Below are positions 37,934 to 47,914 of a stretch of 64,000 nt of DNA, piece after piece (the stretch's first letter is position 1; every line of letters begins with the position of its first letter). Origin of the DNA: an uncultured Gammaproteobacteria bacterium (GTDB taxonomy: Bacteria; Cyanobacteriota; Vampirovibrionia; Gastranaerophilales; CAJFVJ01). The translations under genes were made by a program, and so were the position numbers. The DNA is taken from positions 26,296-90,295 of the forward strand of contig CAYUHE010000003.1 of the NCBI GenBank assembly GCA_964444415.1. The letters are read 5' to 3'. The notes beneath the pieces were generated by a model that was given only the letters and a program-made list of their open reading frames with translations, was not told where the DNA came from and did no database searches.

Positions 37934-38968
37934 TTAAGCCTTATTATTATCGTAATTAATTCTTCCGATAAGTTGATTTATATTTTTCATCATATCGTCA
38001 AACATAGTGAGCGTAAGACTTTGAGCGCCATCACACATTGCATTGTCAGGGTCATTATGCACTTCGACCATTATACCGTGTGCTCCTGCGACTAAAGAAG
38101 CTTTGCTCATTGGTTCTATCAAGTATCTGCGACCTGTTCCATGAGATGGGTCAACGATTATTGGCAGATGGGAGTATTTTTTGATTATCGGAATTGAAGC
38201 TATATCAAGCGTGTTGCGAGAGTATTGTGAGTCAATGCCTTTGACACCTCTTTCGCACAAAATTACATTTGGGTTGCCGTTGTACATAATATGTTCGGCT
38301 GCAAGCAAAAATTCTCTTATTGTGGCGGCTGCTCCACGCTTTAGCATTACAGGTTTGCCGCACTCACCGAGGGCTTTTAAGAGTTTAAAATTTTGCATAT
38401 TTCTTGCACCGACTTGCAAAATATCAGCATAACTTGTGACTAAATCTACTGTGTTTGTGTCCATAACTTCAGTTACGATTAAAAGACCTGTTTCTTTGCG
38501 GGCTTGCGCCAAATATTTCAGTCCTAATTCTTCAAGACCTTGAAATTCATACGGAGAAGTTCTTGGTTTGAAAGCACCACCTCGAAGGATTTGAGCCCCG
38601 GAAGCTTTTACGCTGTGAGCAATTTCAAGGAGTCCTTCAAGATTTTCTTCCACACTGCAAGGCCCTGCCATGATTACAGGTTTTTCGATTCCTCCGATTT
38701 TGACTCCATTTTCAAATTCGATTACAGTATCTTCGTTTTGGCTTTCTCTGCTTGCAAGTTTGAAAGGTTCTTGGATAAGTTTTACTTCTCTTACGCCTTC
38801 AAAAGATGCTACTGATTGTGGTTGAAATAGCCTCCTATCACCGATTGCAGCAATAACTGTCATTACATCGCCCTGGTTTAGGATTATGCGAAACCCTTTG
38901 CTTTCCATTGCTTTTACGACTCTGTCGATTTGCTCTTGTGTAGCTCTAGGCTCCATTACTATAATCAT
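37934..38968 (-). CDS. aroF: 3-deoxy-7-phosphoheptulonate synthase (type I-beta with N-terminal regulatory domain)
   Basis: AGPCSVE, GAFKPRTSPY and DPSH motifs, plus a ferredoxin-like extension of about 70 aa. Confidence 0.85.
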   Translation of the reverse strand: MIIVMEPRATQEQIDRVVKAMESKGFRIILNQGDVMTVIAAIGDRRLFQPQSVASFEGVREVKLIQEPFKLASRESQNEDTVIEFENGVKIGGIEKPVIMAGPCSVEENLEGLLEIAHSVKASGAQILRGGAFKPRTSPYEFQGLEELGLKYLAQARKETGLLIVTEVMDTNTVDLVTSYADILQVGARNMQNFKLLKALGECGKPVMLKRGAAATIREFLLAAEHIMYNGNPNVILCERGVKGIDSQYSRNTLDIASIPIIKKYSHLPIIVDPSHGTGRRYLIEPMSKASLVAGAHGIMVEVHNDPDNAMCDGAQSLTLTMFDDMMKNINQLIGRINYDNNKA

Positions 38969-39018
38969 TTTTGCACCTCTTGATTGCTATATTTACTAGA
39001 ATTTTATATCATTATAGT

Positions 39019-39375
39019 ATGAATACCAACAAAATTAAAGGCAAACGAGGCGAAGACATCGCTGCCAAGTTTCTTATCGACAAAGGATTTGAAATTTTGG
39101 AGACCAATTATTATGCCTCAAGATATGGTGAAATTGATATAATTGCCAAACATAAGGATACACTTGTGTTTGTCGAAGTTAAGGCGCGAAGTACCAATGA
39201 TTACGGGCATCCTCTGGAGTCAATTACTCAGACAAAATTGCAAAAAATGCATAAGGCGATAAGTTTTTATATCTCTGAAAAAAAACCTAAGATGAAAAAT
39301 TATCGTATGGATGCTGTGGCAATTACGTTTAAGCCGAAGCTTGAGATTTTGCATATAGAAAACATTTTGCAGTGA
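39019..39375 (+). CDS. yraN: YraN-family (UPF0102) endonuclease-like protein
   Basis: KGKRGEDIAAKFL...GEIDIIA...VFVEVKAR pattern. The ORF-track start at 38971 is probably an over-extension. Confidence 0.75.
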   Translation: MNTNKIKGKRGEDIAAKFLIDKGFEILETNYYASRYGEIDIIAKHKDTLVFVEVKARSTNDYGHPLESITQTKLQKMHKAISFYISEKKPKMKNYRMDAVAITFKPKLEILHIENILQ

Positions 39376-39380
39376 AAATT

Positions 39381-39411
39381 AAAACCCCATACTCAAAAAG
39401 TACAGGGTTTT
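39381..39411. terminator. Possible bidirectional terminator between yraN and the ferredoxin gene
   Basis: AAAACCC...GGGTTTT with an imperfect inner stem. Confidence 0.35.
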
Positions 39412-39436
39412 AAAAGTTTTTTCAGAATGAATTAAA

Positions 39437-39706
39437 TTATTTTCTTTCAATCCTGATGGCACTATCAGGGCAAAGCATTGCGCAAGTTCCGCAAGCGATA
39501 CATTTGTCTGAAGCAGGCTCAACAGCAGGTGTCATATAGATACCAACTTCTTTAGACCAGTTCAAACAAGTGTTTCCACCTTCTTTTATGTTGATAGGGC
39601 ATTTTACTAAGCATAAGCCGCATCCTTTGCAAAGCTCAGTATACATATACCAATCAGCTTTACCTTTAGCAACTTCTACTTTTATACCTTTATTTTGTAA
39701 TGTCAT
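39437..39706 (-). CDS. 2-oxoacid:ferredoxin oxidoreductase delta subunit (2x[4Fe-4S] ferredoxin)
   Basis: CKGCGLCLVKCP and CIACGTCAMLCP motifs. Confidence 0.8.
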   Translation of the reverse strand: MTLQNKGIKVEVAKGKADWYMYTELCKGCGLCLVKCPINIKEGGNTCLNWSKEVGIYMTPAVEPASDKCIACGTCAMLCPDSAIRIERK

Positions 39707-39740
39707 TATTTTTCTCCTTTTATGTCATTTTGCCTTTTAT

Positions 39741-39870
39741 CAAATTTCGCGTCTTGAAATATTGACAGCTCATCTCACTTCATTTCGCTTCAGTTTCTTT
39801 TAGAAACTTTCGCTACACCGTGAGCTTTGCAAGGACGAGTTTCGCTTCGCTCACTCTTGTCAAATTTCGC
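39741..39870 (+). repeat. Structured intergenic repeat family, copy 1 (120-bp period)
   Basis: CAAATTTCGC occurs at 39741-39750 and 39861-39870. 39836-39870 matches 52731-52767 with 4 differences. The element fills the gamma-delta intergenic gap. Confidence 0.7.
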
Positions 39871-40430
39871 TATACTGCAGAAGTTTCAAGCAACTGCATA
39901 CCACGCTCAAGAGCTTTGTAATTCAGTTCTCTCAACTCTGGTTTAGCATCGAATTTCTTGCCAAGAGCACATTCCATAGCACCTTTAACATTTTCCATAG
40001 GAACAACATTTGTTGCTTTTAGGATAATGCCCAAAATAATTATGTTGAATACACGGGAAGAAAGTTCATCGTTAGCGATTTTATTTGCATCAATACCGAT
40101 AACTTGTTTTGCTTTGTATTTAGGAACATTATGACAAATTGATGTATCGTATATTACTGTTGAATTTTCATCAACGTAAACAGAACATCTTTCGATTGCT
40201 CTATCGGATAACATAACGATGATGTCGCCTTTTGAAAATCTTGGTTCGCCAATTTTCTCATCAGAAATCTGACAAAAAGCGATACTAACACCACCACGTT
40301 GCTCAACGCCGAAGTTCGGGATATAAAGAACTTCTTTGCCGGCTTCATAAGCAGCTTCTACAAGAATTTTCGCTACGCTTTGTACACCATGTCCGCCTTC
40401 ACCGGCGAGTACGATTCTTGATCTAGCCAT
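39870..40430 (-). CDS. 2-oxoacid:ferredoxin oxidoreductase gamma subunit
   Basis: ILAGEGGHGVQS and EQRGG motifs. 186 aa. Confidence 0.85.
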   Translation of the reverse strand: MARSRIVLAGEGGHGVQSVAKILVEAAYEAGKEVLYIPNFGVEQRGGVSIAFCQISDEKIGEPRFSKGDIIVMLSDRAIERCSVYVDENSTVIYDTSICHNVPKYKAKQVIGIDANKIANDELSSRVFNIIILGIILKATNVVPMENVKGAMECALGKKFDAKPELRELNYKALERGMQLLETSAV

Positions 40431-41194
40431 TATTTAACCTCCTGTAAGTATGCAGGAACATTGAATTCTTGAACTGGGAAGAATTCTTCCATAGTTTTTA
40501 GCCTGTCCCAAGTATCTACGTTATTTGTTCTCCAGTTTAGAGGACAAATTGACAGAACTTCAACAAAAGCAAAGTTCCCTTTGTCTACGGCTTCAAGAGC
40601 TTTTTTGAAAGTTTTTCTAAGGTTTCTTAAATTAGAAACTGTAGCTCTTGAAACATAAGCTTTTTCGGTGTCAACGATAGCATTAACCATCTCAGCACCT
40701 TTCGCTGGTTTCCCTGTAACTTCAGGGTCACGTCCGTATGGAGTTGTTTCTGTTTTTTGACCGGGCAATGTTGTAGGAGCCATTTGGCCGCCTGTCATAC
40801 CGTAGTTAGTATTGTTTACCAATACAACTAGCATTTTTTCGTTACGAACAGCTGCATTTACTAAGTGCTGAGCACCTATCGCCAAGCCACCGCCATCGCC
40901 CATATAGGCAATACCGATTGTATCCGGGACAGCTCTTGTTACACCATAAATAACAGGAGTTGTACGCCCGTGGTGACATTGAACTGTATCCAAATCCATA
41001 TAGTTCCAAGCCAATAAGCTGCAACCGATGTCACAACCAAAGACTGTTTTTTCATGTATGTTTAAATCATCAATAGCAAAAGCTAAAGTCTTCAATACCA
41101 TACCGTGTCCGCAGCCAGGGCAAAATTTTGATGCACCGGCGGAAGCATCTTGTGCTTTCGGTAGGATTGGTTGAAGTGTTAATACTTCTGACAT
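40430..41194 (-). CDS. 2-oxoacid:ferredoxin oxidoreductase beta subunit (TPP-binding)
   Basis: CPGCGH N-terminal cluster motif and GDGG...N TPP motif. Confidence 0.85.
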   Translation of the reverse strand: MSEVLTLQPILPKAQDASAGASKFCPGCGHGMVLKTLAFAIDDLNIHEKTVFGCDIGCSLLAWNYMDLDTVQCHHGRTTPVIYGVTRAVPDTIGIAYMGDGGGLAIGAQHLVNAAVRNEKMLVVLVNNTNYGMTGGQMAPTTLPGQKTETTPYGRDPEVTGKPAKGAEMVNAIVDTEKAYVSRATVSNLRNLRKTFKKALEAVDKGNFAFVEVLSICPLNWRTNNVDTWDRLKTMEEFFPVQEFNVPAYLQEVK

Positions 41195-41233
41195 TTTTTT
41201 CTCCTTTTATAATAAATTGATTTTAATCTAGTT

Positions 41234-42337
41234 TTAGACAGTAGCAGGTTCTTTAACCATAGATTCAACTTTTTCAATTAGATCGTTGCCTGTTACGCCA
41301 ACGCCCATTTTGAATAGAGTTGAATATGGAGTAGTCAAACCATACAATTTTTCAAGAACCATTCTCGCAAGTTGTCCGTCAGCTGATTCTGTGAACAATA
41401 CTTGTTTAGCTCTTGCTACAGCATCTCTTAGAGGTTTAACCGCAAGAGGTCTGATTGTAATTGGTCTGTACAAACCTGCTTTTATTCCGTTAGCTCTAAG
41501 AGCATCAATCGCAGTCATTGCAGATCTTGCAACGATACCATGAGCTATGATTAAAATCTCAGCATCATCAGCTTTGTATTCTTCGTACTCAGCGATCTCT
41601 TCTGTAATTGCATCGAATTCTGCTTTGTAGCCATCTAATACTTCCATCAATTCTTCTTCTAAGTTGAAAGTATTTCTAATGTGAACAGATTCTCTGTCAA
41701 CACCGATAACGCCAGGCGCTCTTAATGTTGGTGTAGCAGGAATCATTTCGATACCACGACTAGCCGGATCATACATAGTCACAGGCTCTCTCATTTTGCC
41801 TTGATATCCATCGGCCAAAATGAAGGTCGGGAATTTGTATTTCCAAGCTGTGTTGAAAGCTTTAATAGTGTAATCGAACAAATCTTGGTGACCGGCTGTA
41901 GAATAAACTATTCTGAAGCCTTCGCCATTACCGCCGAAACAAGTTAAAGTTGTTTCTTGTTGAGCATAAATAACAGTAGCAGTTGATGGACCGCCTCTTT
42001 GCATTACTGCACATACGAAAGGAATTCTCATCATTTCTGCCATGCTCATACCATCTTGCATAATTACGTTTCCAGGGCCAGCTGTTGCTGTGAAAGCTTT
42101 TTTGCCGGCTAAAATACCCCCAATCGTAGAAAAACCGGCTGATATTTCATCTTCTGTTTGTAAAAAGCCGGCTTCTGTTTTTGGTAATAATTTGCACCAA
42201 GTGTGCATAATTTCATTTTGCGGAGTAATCGGATAACCGTACATAAACTCTGCTCCTGCTGCGATTGCTGCATAAGCAATGACTTCATTTCCGGTCATGA
42301 ACACTCTTGTGTCTTTTTCAATAAGTTTTTTGACCAT
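41234..42337 (-). CDS. 2-oxoacid:ferredoxin oxidoreductase alpha subunit
   Basis: GNEVIAYAAIAAGAEFMYGYPITPQNEI motif. ATG 42337 is used; the ORF-track extension to 42442 is low-complexity. Confidence 0.85.
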   Translation of the reverse strand: MVKKLIEKDTRVFMTGNEVIAYAAIAAGAEFMYGYPITPQNEIMHTWCKLLPKTEAGFLQTEDEISAGFSTIGGILAGKKAFTATAGPGNVIMQDGMSMAEMMRIPFVCAVMQRGGPSTATVIYAQQETTLTCFGGNGEGFRIVYSTAGHQDLFDYTIKAFNTAWKYKFPTFILADGYQGKMREPVTMYDPASRGIEMIPATPTLRAPGVIGVDRESVHIRNTFNLEEELMEVLDGYKAEFDAITEEIAEYEEYKADDAEILIIAHGIVARSAMTAIDALRANGIKAGLYRPITIRPLAVKPLRDAVARAKQVLFTESADGQLARMVLEKLYGLTTPYSTLFKMGVGVTGNDLIEKVESMVKEPATV

Positions 42338-42475
42338 TTGTCTTACCTTTTTGTTATAACTAACATCCGTTAATAAGATACTACAAATACAGATTGTAAA
42401 CAAATTATTTTCCGCAATTAAACTAATTGTTACAAAAATCACGAATAGGTCAAAAAAGCATTGTCTATTATTAAA

Positions 42476-42520
42476 AAGGTGTCTAAAAAGTTCAAAAATT
42501 TAATTTTGAGTCTTTTTAAA
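42476..42520 (+). repeat. 45-bp intergenic repeat, copy 2
   Basis: 38/45 identical to 8907-8951. It lies between the atpG stop and the oxidoreductase operon. Confidence 0.6.
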
Positions 42521-42542
42521 ATTATTTGTTTAAAAAATAATT

Positions 42543-43487
42543 TTATCCGCCCAGAGCGTTTGCACCTGACACAACTTCGAGAAGTTCTTGAGTGATTGCT
42601 CCTTGGCGTGCTTTGTTATAGTCAATTGTCAGAATACGAATCATGTCTTCGGCATTTGTTGTTGCATTTGACATTGCAGTCATTCTGGAAGCCAATTCAC
42701 TCGCTTGAGCTTCAAGGCAAGCTTGATAAACGCTGTTTGAGAGATATTGCGGAACTATTTTTTTCAAAACATCTTCTGCTGAAGGCTCAAAAAGCATTTC
42801 AGGATGCAAAGACCCATCACCAAGCTCTTGTGAAATTTCTTTTGCAGGCTCAGCTTCAATTTTTACAGGCAAAACCCCAATAATTTCAGGCACAAAAGAT
42901 AACATAGATTTGAACTTTGTTGTTATAACTTCAATTGAGTCGATGCTTTCTGATACAAAATGTTCAGCTATCTCTTCAATTATAAGATTTGTCGCTCCTA
43001 CAGTGACATTTTGAGGCATTTTAGTATAAGTATTCACTACATTTATATCATTTTTTCTTACGAAATCTTTCAGTCCGTTAACGCCTTTTTGTCCGATTAT
43101 AAAGAGTTTGACCTCAAGATTTTGTTCTTTAAGTTCTTTCACTCTTGCGATTGTTTTTCTTACTATATTGGCGTTATATGCCCCCGCAAGACCTTTATTA
43201 GAGGTAATGGCAAGGATGCCTACGGTTTTGATTTCACGAGAGGAAAGCAATACAGGATAGTTTTCAATTGCCACTTCGGATTTTATGCCGTCTTGAGAAG
43301 TTGATTTGGCAGAATTATAGACCTTTTTGAAAACAGACTTTATTGCTTCGGAGAAAGGTCTTGAAGCTTTAACGGCATTTTCTGCTTTTTTCACCTTCGC
43401 AGCCGCAACCATTTTCATAGCTTGCGTAATTTTTTGTGTATTTTTAATACTTTTTATACGTAATTTTATGTCTTTTAAGTTTGGCAT
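42543..43487 (-). CDS. atpG: F-type ATP synthase gamma subunit
   Basis: MPNLKDIKLRIKSIKNTQKITQAMKMVAAAK N-terminus and ITQELLEVVSGA C-terminus. Confidence 0.95.
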   Translation of the reverse strand: MPNLKDIKLRIKSIKNTQKITQAMKMVAAAKVKKAENAVKASRPFSEAIKSVFKKVYNSAKSTSQDGIKSEVAIENYPVLLSSREIKTVGILAITSNKGLAGAYNANIVRKTIARVKELKEQNLEVKLFIIGQKGVNGLKDFVRKNDINVVNTYTKMPQNVTVGATNLIIEEIAEHFVSESIDSIEVITTKFKSMLSFVPEIIGVLPVKIEAEPAKEISQELGDGSLHPEMLFEPSAEDVLKKIVPQYLSNSVYQACLEAQASELASRMTAMSNATTNAEDMIRILTIDYNKARQGAITQELLEVVSGANALGG

Positions 43488-43516
43488 TTTATCCTGTCCT
43501 TATTTACGTTGTTTTT

Positions 43517-45031
43517 TTAGAACATCGTATCTCTAAATGTTTCCATCGCGGCTAAAAGTTTGGCTTCACCGTCTTTATCAAGCTTTTCGCCTGAATTTAA
43601 GAATGATTCCATATCTTTTAGATTTGATGAGAAATATTCAAGCCATTTAGCTTTGAAATCAGTAATTTTGGCATTATCGATACTATCTAAAACGCCGTTA
43701 TTTACTGCGAATAAGATTGTTGTCATTTGAGCAACGGAGAAAGGTGAATTTTGAGGTTGTTTCAATACTTCAACCAGTTTTCCGCCACGAATCAATTGAT
43801 CTTGAGTTGCTTTGTCCAAATCGCTTGCGAATTGTGCAAATGCTTCAAGTTCACGGTATTGAGCAAGACCAAGTTTCAAGCTTCCTGCTACTGCTTTGAT
43901 AGCTTTAGTTTGAGCAGCACCACCTACCCTTGAAACCGAAATACCGGCATCAATTGCAGGTCTGATACCTGAGTTGAATAAGTCTGCATCCAAGAAAATT
44001 TGTCCGTCCGTAATCGAAATTACGTTTGTCGGAATGTATGCAGATACATCACCGGCTTGGGTTTCGATGATAGGAAGTGATGTAATACTTCCTGCTCCCA
44101 TAGCATCTGAGAGTTTTGCAGAACGCTCAAGAAGTCTTGAGTGTAAGTAGAAAACATCTCCAGGGTATGCTTCACGACCTGGTGGTCTGCGAAGAAGCAA
44201 TGACATTTCACGATAAGCTTGTGCATGACGAGTCAAATCATCATAAATTATCAAAACGTGTTTGCCTGCATCCATAAATTCTTCACCCATTGAAGTTCCT
44301 GCAAATGGTGCAACGAATTGCAACGGAGCAGAGTCACTGGCAGAAGCGGCAACGATAATTGTATAATCCATTGAACCGAATTCTTCGAGAGTTTTGGCAA
44401 TACGAGCTATAGAACTTGTTTTTTGGCCAATTGCAACATAAATACAAATTACATCTTTGCCTTTTTGGTTGATGATTGTATCCATTGCGATTGCTGTTTT
44501 GCCTGTTTGTCTATCGCCGATAATCAACTCACGCTGACCACGTCCAATCGGTGTCAAAGCATCAATAGCTGTGATACCAGTTTGTAGTGGTTGGTGTACA
44601 GATTTTCTTTTTACGATACCAGGTGCAATTCTTTCAATCGGACGAGTTTTGTTAGATTCAATTGGTCCTTTGCCGTCAATAGCTTGACCAAGAGGGTTTA
44701 CTATACGTCCTAAAAGCCCATCCCCAACAGGAACTGATGCAATTTTGCCTGTAGTTTTAACGCTCATACCTTCTTTAATATATTTATATTCACCCAAAAT
44801 TACCGCACCGACGTTATCTTCTTCAAGGTTCAATGTGATACCCATTGTTCCGTGTCCATCATCGAATTCAATCAATTCAGACGCCATTACGTTTTGAAGT
44901 CCGTAAATCCTTGCGATACCATCGCCCAATTCAAGAACTGTACCGACATCAGCAACTTGTACCGTGCTGTCATAATTTTGGATTTTTGATTTGATAATTG
45001 AACTTATCTCATCAGGTCTTATTGCATTCAT
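43517..45031 (-). CDS. atpA: F-type ATP synthase alpha subunit
   Basis: GDRQTGKT Walker A motif. Full length, 504 aa. Confidence 0.95.
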   Translation of the reverse strand: MNAIRPDEISSIIKSKIQNYDSTVQVADVGTVLELGDGIARIYGLQNVMASELIEFDDGHGTMGITLNLEEDNVGAVILGEYKYIKEGMSVKTTGKIASVPVGDGLLGRIVNPLGQAIDGKGPIESNKTRPIERIAPGIVKRKSVHQPLQTGITAIDALTPIGRGQRELIIGDRQTGKTAIAMDTIINQKGKDVICIYVAIGQKTSSIARIAKTLEEFGSMDYTIIVAASASDSAPLQFVAPFAGTSMGEEFMDAGKHVLIIYDDLTRHAQAYREMSLLLRRPPGREAYPGDVFYLHSRLLERSAKLSDAMGAGSITSLPIIETQAGDVSAYIPTNVISITDGQIFLDADLFNSGIRPAIDAGISVSRVGGAAQTKAIKAVAGSLKLGLAQYRELEAFAQFASDLDKATQDQLIRGGKLVEVLKQPQNSPFSVAQMTTILFAVNNGVLDSIDNAKITDFKAKWLEYFSSNLKDMESFLNSGEKLDKDGEAKLLAAMETFRDTMF

Positions 45032-45035
45032 ATTC

Positions 45036-45596
45036 TTACCTCTGTATTAGTGCTCGTTTCATACTGTCTAATCTTGATTTTACGCTTCCGTCGATGGTTT
45101 TGTCGCCGATTTTGAGAACCATACCGGCAAGTAAATTTTCATCAACTGTTGCAGCAAGATTTATTTGCTTTTGATAAATAGCTTCAAGTTTTGATTTGAG
45201 TTTTGCTTTCATTTCATCAGAAAGCTCAACTGCACTTATAGCTCTAATTACCAAAATATTATATTTTTTATTCATTGAATCTTTTAGACTGTTGATAATT
45301 GCTCCGAGAGCAAAAATCCTGTTTCGATCCAATAAAATATATAAGAAATTTAAAATATCTTTAGAAATTTTGTTGCCGAATATTTCAGCCAAAATCGCTT
45401 TTTTTGAAGGTTTAGAAAAAGACGGGTGAGAAATAAATGTTTTTAATTCATAAGAAGCATCAATAGTTTCATAGACCAAAACCAAGTTTTCATAAATCCC
45501 ATTCAATTCGTTATCGTTACTTGCAAGCTTCATAAGAGCACTTGAGTATCTTTTGGCTACGATTATTAATTTGTTAAAAGCGATATCTTCTTTCAT
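45036..45596 (-). CDS. atpH: F-type ATP synthase delta (OSCP) subunit
   Basis: Size, position and the C-terminus GG.V.KIGD..IDGSV..RL. Confidence 0.85.
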   Translation of the reverse strand: MKEDIAFNKLIIVAKRYSSALMKLASNDNELNGIYENLVLVYETIDASYELKTFISHPSFSKPSKKAILAEIFGNKISKDILNFLYILLDRNRIFALGAIINSLKDSMNKKYNILVIRAISAVELSDEMKAKLKSKLEAIYQKQINLAATVDENLLAGMVLKIGDKTIDGSVKSRLDSMKRALIQR

Positions 45597-46181
45597 TTAT
45601 TTTACCTTTTCATCATCAAGGGAATCTATAAAATTGTTGATATATTTGTGGTGTAAATCATCTGTCAAAGCAGCTTTGATTTTTGTTGAAGCAAGTTCAT
45701 AAGCTTCTTTGGACAGGTGAGTTATAACTTCTTCTGTGGCAGTTTTTTCTTCAACCTCAACCATGCGGTTAAGGTTTTTTTCAATTTCATTAACTTTTTG
45801 CTGCGTATCGTTTTGGATTTTTTCATAAAGCGATTCAGCAGAATTTTTGGCATCAACAAGAATTTTTTTGACCTGATCTTCTAAATCTTTTACGTTTTCT
45901 TTTGCTTGTTGAAGATTTTTTTGAGCATTAGCTTTTTCTTCTTCTGCTTTTGCGATTGTTTCTTTGATTTTTTCTTGTCTATTTTTCAAAATGCCTAAAA
46001 TGTCTGCTTTTCTCAAAACCCAAACAAGAAAACAAAAAACGAAAACCATATTAATTATATTAGAGTGCAAAATATAACTTACAAAACCCATATGTTCTGC
46101 GCCGTGATTGGCTACATGTTGTGCAGCTTCATTTGTGGCTTCGTGCATATTTTCTACTGTTGCAAGTATTGGTCTAATCAT
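45597..46181 (-). CDS. atpF: F-type ATP synthase b subunit
   Basis: One TM segment plus a long charged helix. Assigned partly by position in the operon. Confidence 0.8.
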   Translation of the reverse strand: MIRPILATVENMHEATNEAAQHVANHGAEHMGFVSYILHSNIINMVFVFCFLVWVLRKADILGILKNRQEKIKETIAKAEEEKANAQKNLQQAKENVKDLEDQVKKILVDAKNSAESLYEKIQNDTQQKVNEIEKNLNRMVEVEEKTATEEVITHLSKEAYELASTKIKAALTDDLHHKYINNFIDSLDDEKVK

Positions 46182-46206
46182 AATATGAACTTTCGTTTTT
46201 TATAAT

Positions 46207-46626
46207 CTAATCAAGAACTTTACTGACGATTTCATCCGCCAGAGAAGAAATCTCGTTATTCAAAGATTCTTTGGTTTCAAGCTTGGTTTTTGTTATGCGC
46301 TCTTTTTCTTTCCCCAAAGTTTCAAGAGCCTTGCCATTAGCTTTTTTTATTGTTTGTTCTTTGGACAAGTTTGCGCCCTGAACGGCTTGAGACAAAATTT
46401 CTTTTGATTGAAGTCTTGTTTCTTTCAGTTCATTCTCTTGCGTTTGAATAAAATTGTCAGCCGCTTCAGCCATCACTTTAGCGTGTCTTTCATTTTCTTC
46501 AATATAATCTTGTCTTTGTTTTTTGATTTTGAACATAGGTCCGTAAAAAATCACTTGCATTATGAACATAAACACAAGGAAACTAACGCCTATAACAATA
46601 AAAGTACCGTCAATTTGTAATAACAT
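46207..46626 (-). CDS. F-type ATP synthase b' subunit (second b-type stalk protein)
   Basis: An N-terminal TM segment plus a charged helix. It lies between the c and b genes. Confidence 0.75.
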   Translation of the reverse strand: MLLQIDGTFIVIGVSFLVFMFIMQVIFYGPMFKIKKQRQDYIEENERHAKVMAEAADNFIQTQENELKETRLQSKEILSQAVQGANLSKEQTIKKANGKALETLGKEKERITKTKLETKESLNNEISSLADEIVSKVLD

Positions 46627-46649
46627 GATTTTTTCCTATAAATTTAAAT

Positions 46650-46883
46650 TTAGCCTGCTTTACCCATCAAGATAAATGCAATTACAAGTGCATATAGAGC
46701 CAAAGCTTCAATAAACGCAAGACCAATGAACATTAATGTTCTGATTTTGCCTTCAGCTTCAGGTTGACGAGCTGTAGCATCAATTGCTGCAGAAACTGCT
46801 GCGCCCATACCTAGACCAGGTCCGATTACACCTAAGCCTACTGCTATACCCATTGCTAATAACGCTGCTGATTGTGGTTCCAT
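46650..46883 (-). CDS. atpE: F-type ATP synthase c subunit
   Basis: Helical hairpin with RQPE loop and conserved Glu (AFIEALALY). Confidence 0.95.
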   Translation of the reverse strand: MEPQSAALLAMGIAVGLGVIGPGLGMGAAVSAAIDATARQPEAEGKIRTLMFIGLAFIEALALYALVIAFILMGKAG

Positions 46884-46909
46884 TGGAAGTCCTCCTATAA
46901 CTAAACTAA

Positions 46910-47602
46910 TTAATGACTATCGGATGTTGCCGCACCAATGTATGATGCACTCAATATTGCGAAAATGAACGCTTGAATGAAAGCAACGAACAGTTCGAAT
47001 AACATTACAGGGATAGGCAAGCCTATCGGCAATAGTGCTATTAGTACCATAATTATAATTTCACCGGCTAATATGTTGGCAAAAAGCCTGAGAGCCAATG
47101 AGAAAGGTCTTGTAACATCTTCCAGTAAGTTGATTGGTGCCATAAACCAAATAGGCTGGAAGTAGTGTTTTAAGTAGCCTATTAAGCCCTTTTTATAAAT
47201 TCCTGCTCCTATATAATATATAAGAACAATTACTGCCAAAGCGGCTGTAACGTTGATATCATTTGTCGGAGAAGCAAATTCACCTTGTTTTAGATGATAA
47301 AGCTTCCATGGCAATTGCCCAATTAGGTTTGATGCTAAAACAAACAGAAATAAAGATCCGACCAGAACAACGTGTCCACGTCCTTCGGGTCCGACTTGTC
47401 CGACAGTTAGATTTTCAACAAAATCGACTACTATTTCTGCAAAAGATTGAAATAGATTAGGAACTCTAGTCAAATGTCTTGTGGCTAAAAACGACAAGAT
47501 AATTACGATTGCCATTCCAAGCCAAGCTGTGATTATAGTATCCATATGGACTTGCAGTGGTCCAAAGTGTGCTATCCAGTGTTCTCCGAAAGTTATTTCC
47601 AA
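46910..47602 (-). CDS. atpB: F-type ATP synthase a subunit
   Basis: LALRLFANILAGE motif. TTG start after GGAAG. Confidence 0.9.
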   Translation of the reverse strand: MEITFGEHWIAHFGPLQVHMDTIITAWLGMAIVIILSFLATRHLTRVPNLFQSFAEIVVDFVENLTVGQVGPEGRGHVVLVGSLFLFVLASNLIGQLPWKLYHLKQGEFASPTNDINVTAALAVIVLIYYIGAGIYKKGLIGYLKHYFQPIWFMAPINLLEDVTRPFSLALRLFANILAGEIIIMVLIALLPIGLPIPVMLFELFVAFIQAFIFAILSASYIGAATSDSH

Positions 47603-47713
47603 AATTCTTCCTTTAACATTAAATCGCTGCTAATTCTATTTCGACAAAAACGATTATACAACTAACATTATGTTTTTGGCTAGTACATTTGATTGATTTC
47701 AAAAAACAAAATG

Positions 47714-47914
47714 TTAACCGCCACCTACAAAGCTAATGATTTCAATATTATCGCCGTCTTTTAAAATTGTTTGGGCAAAATTTTCTTTTGAAATAATTTC
47801 AAGATTTTTTTCAATGACAATCATTTTATTTTGGTTATTCATCACATCAAGCATTCCTTGAACGCTAATATTTTCTTGAAATTCCATTTCATTTCCGTTA
47901 ACAATTATTTTCAT
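47714..47914 (-). CDS. thiS: ThiS/MoaD-like sulfur-carrier (ubiquitin-fold) protein
   Basis: 66 aa. MKIIVNG...DGDNIEIISFVGGG with a C-terminal Gly-Gly. Confidence 0.75.
   Translation of the reverse strand: MKIIVNGNEMEFQENISVQGMLDVMNNQNKMIVIEKNLEIISKENFAQTILKDGDNIEIISFVGGG

Noticed and set aside
39570-39803. ORFs running across the repeat elements and the att region (39570-39803 +, 52622-52861 +, 1330-1569 -, 1397-1606 +).
   Set aside because: They span non-coding repeats, hairpins or the antisense of a real gene. They have no SD, and their apparent similarity to each other is explained by the nucleotide repeat.
42338-42442. N-terminal extensions in the ORF track (alpha subunit to 42442, YibE/F to 33873, yraN from 38971, peptidase from 1594, dehydratase large subunit to 31228).
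   Set aside because: The extensions are low-complexity or overlap the upstream gene. Internal ATGs with proper SD spacing give N-termini typical of the families.
47603-47713. Looked for a small atpI/atp1 gene or regulatory RNA upstream of the ATPase a-subunit gene.
   Set aside because: No ORF with an SD and no conserved structure is discernible in the 111-nt AT-rich spacer.
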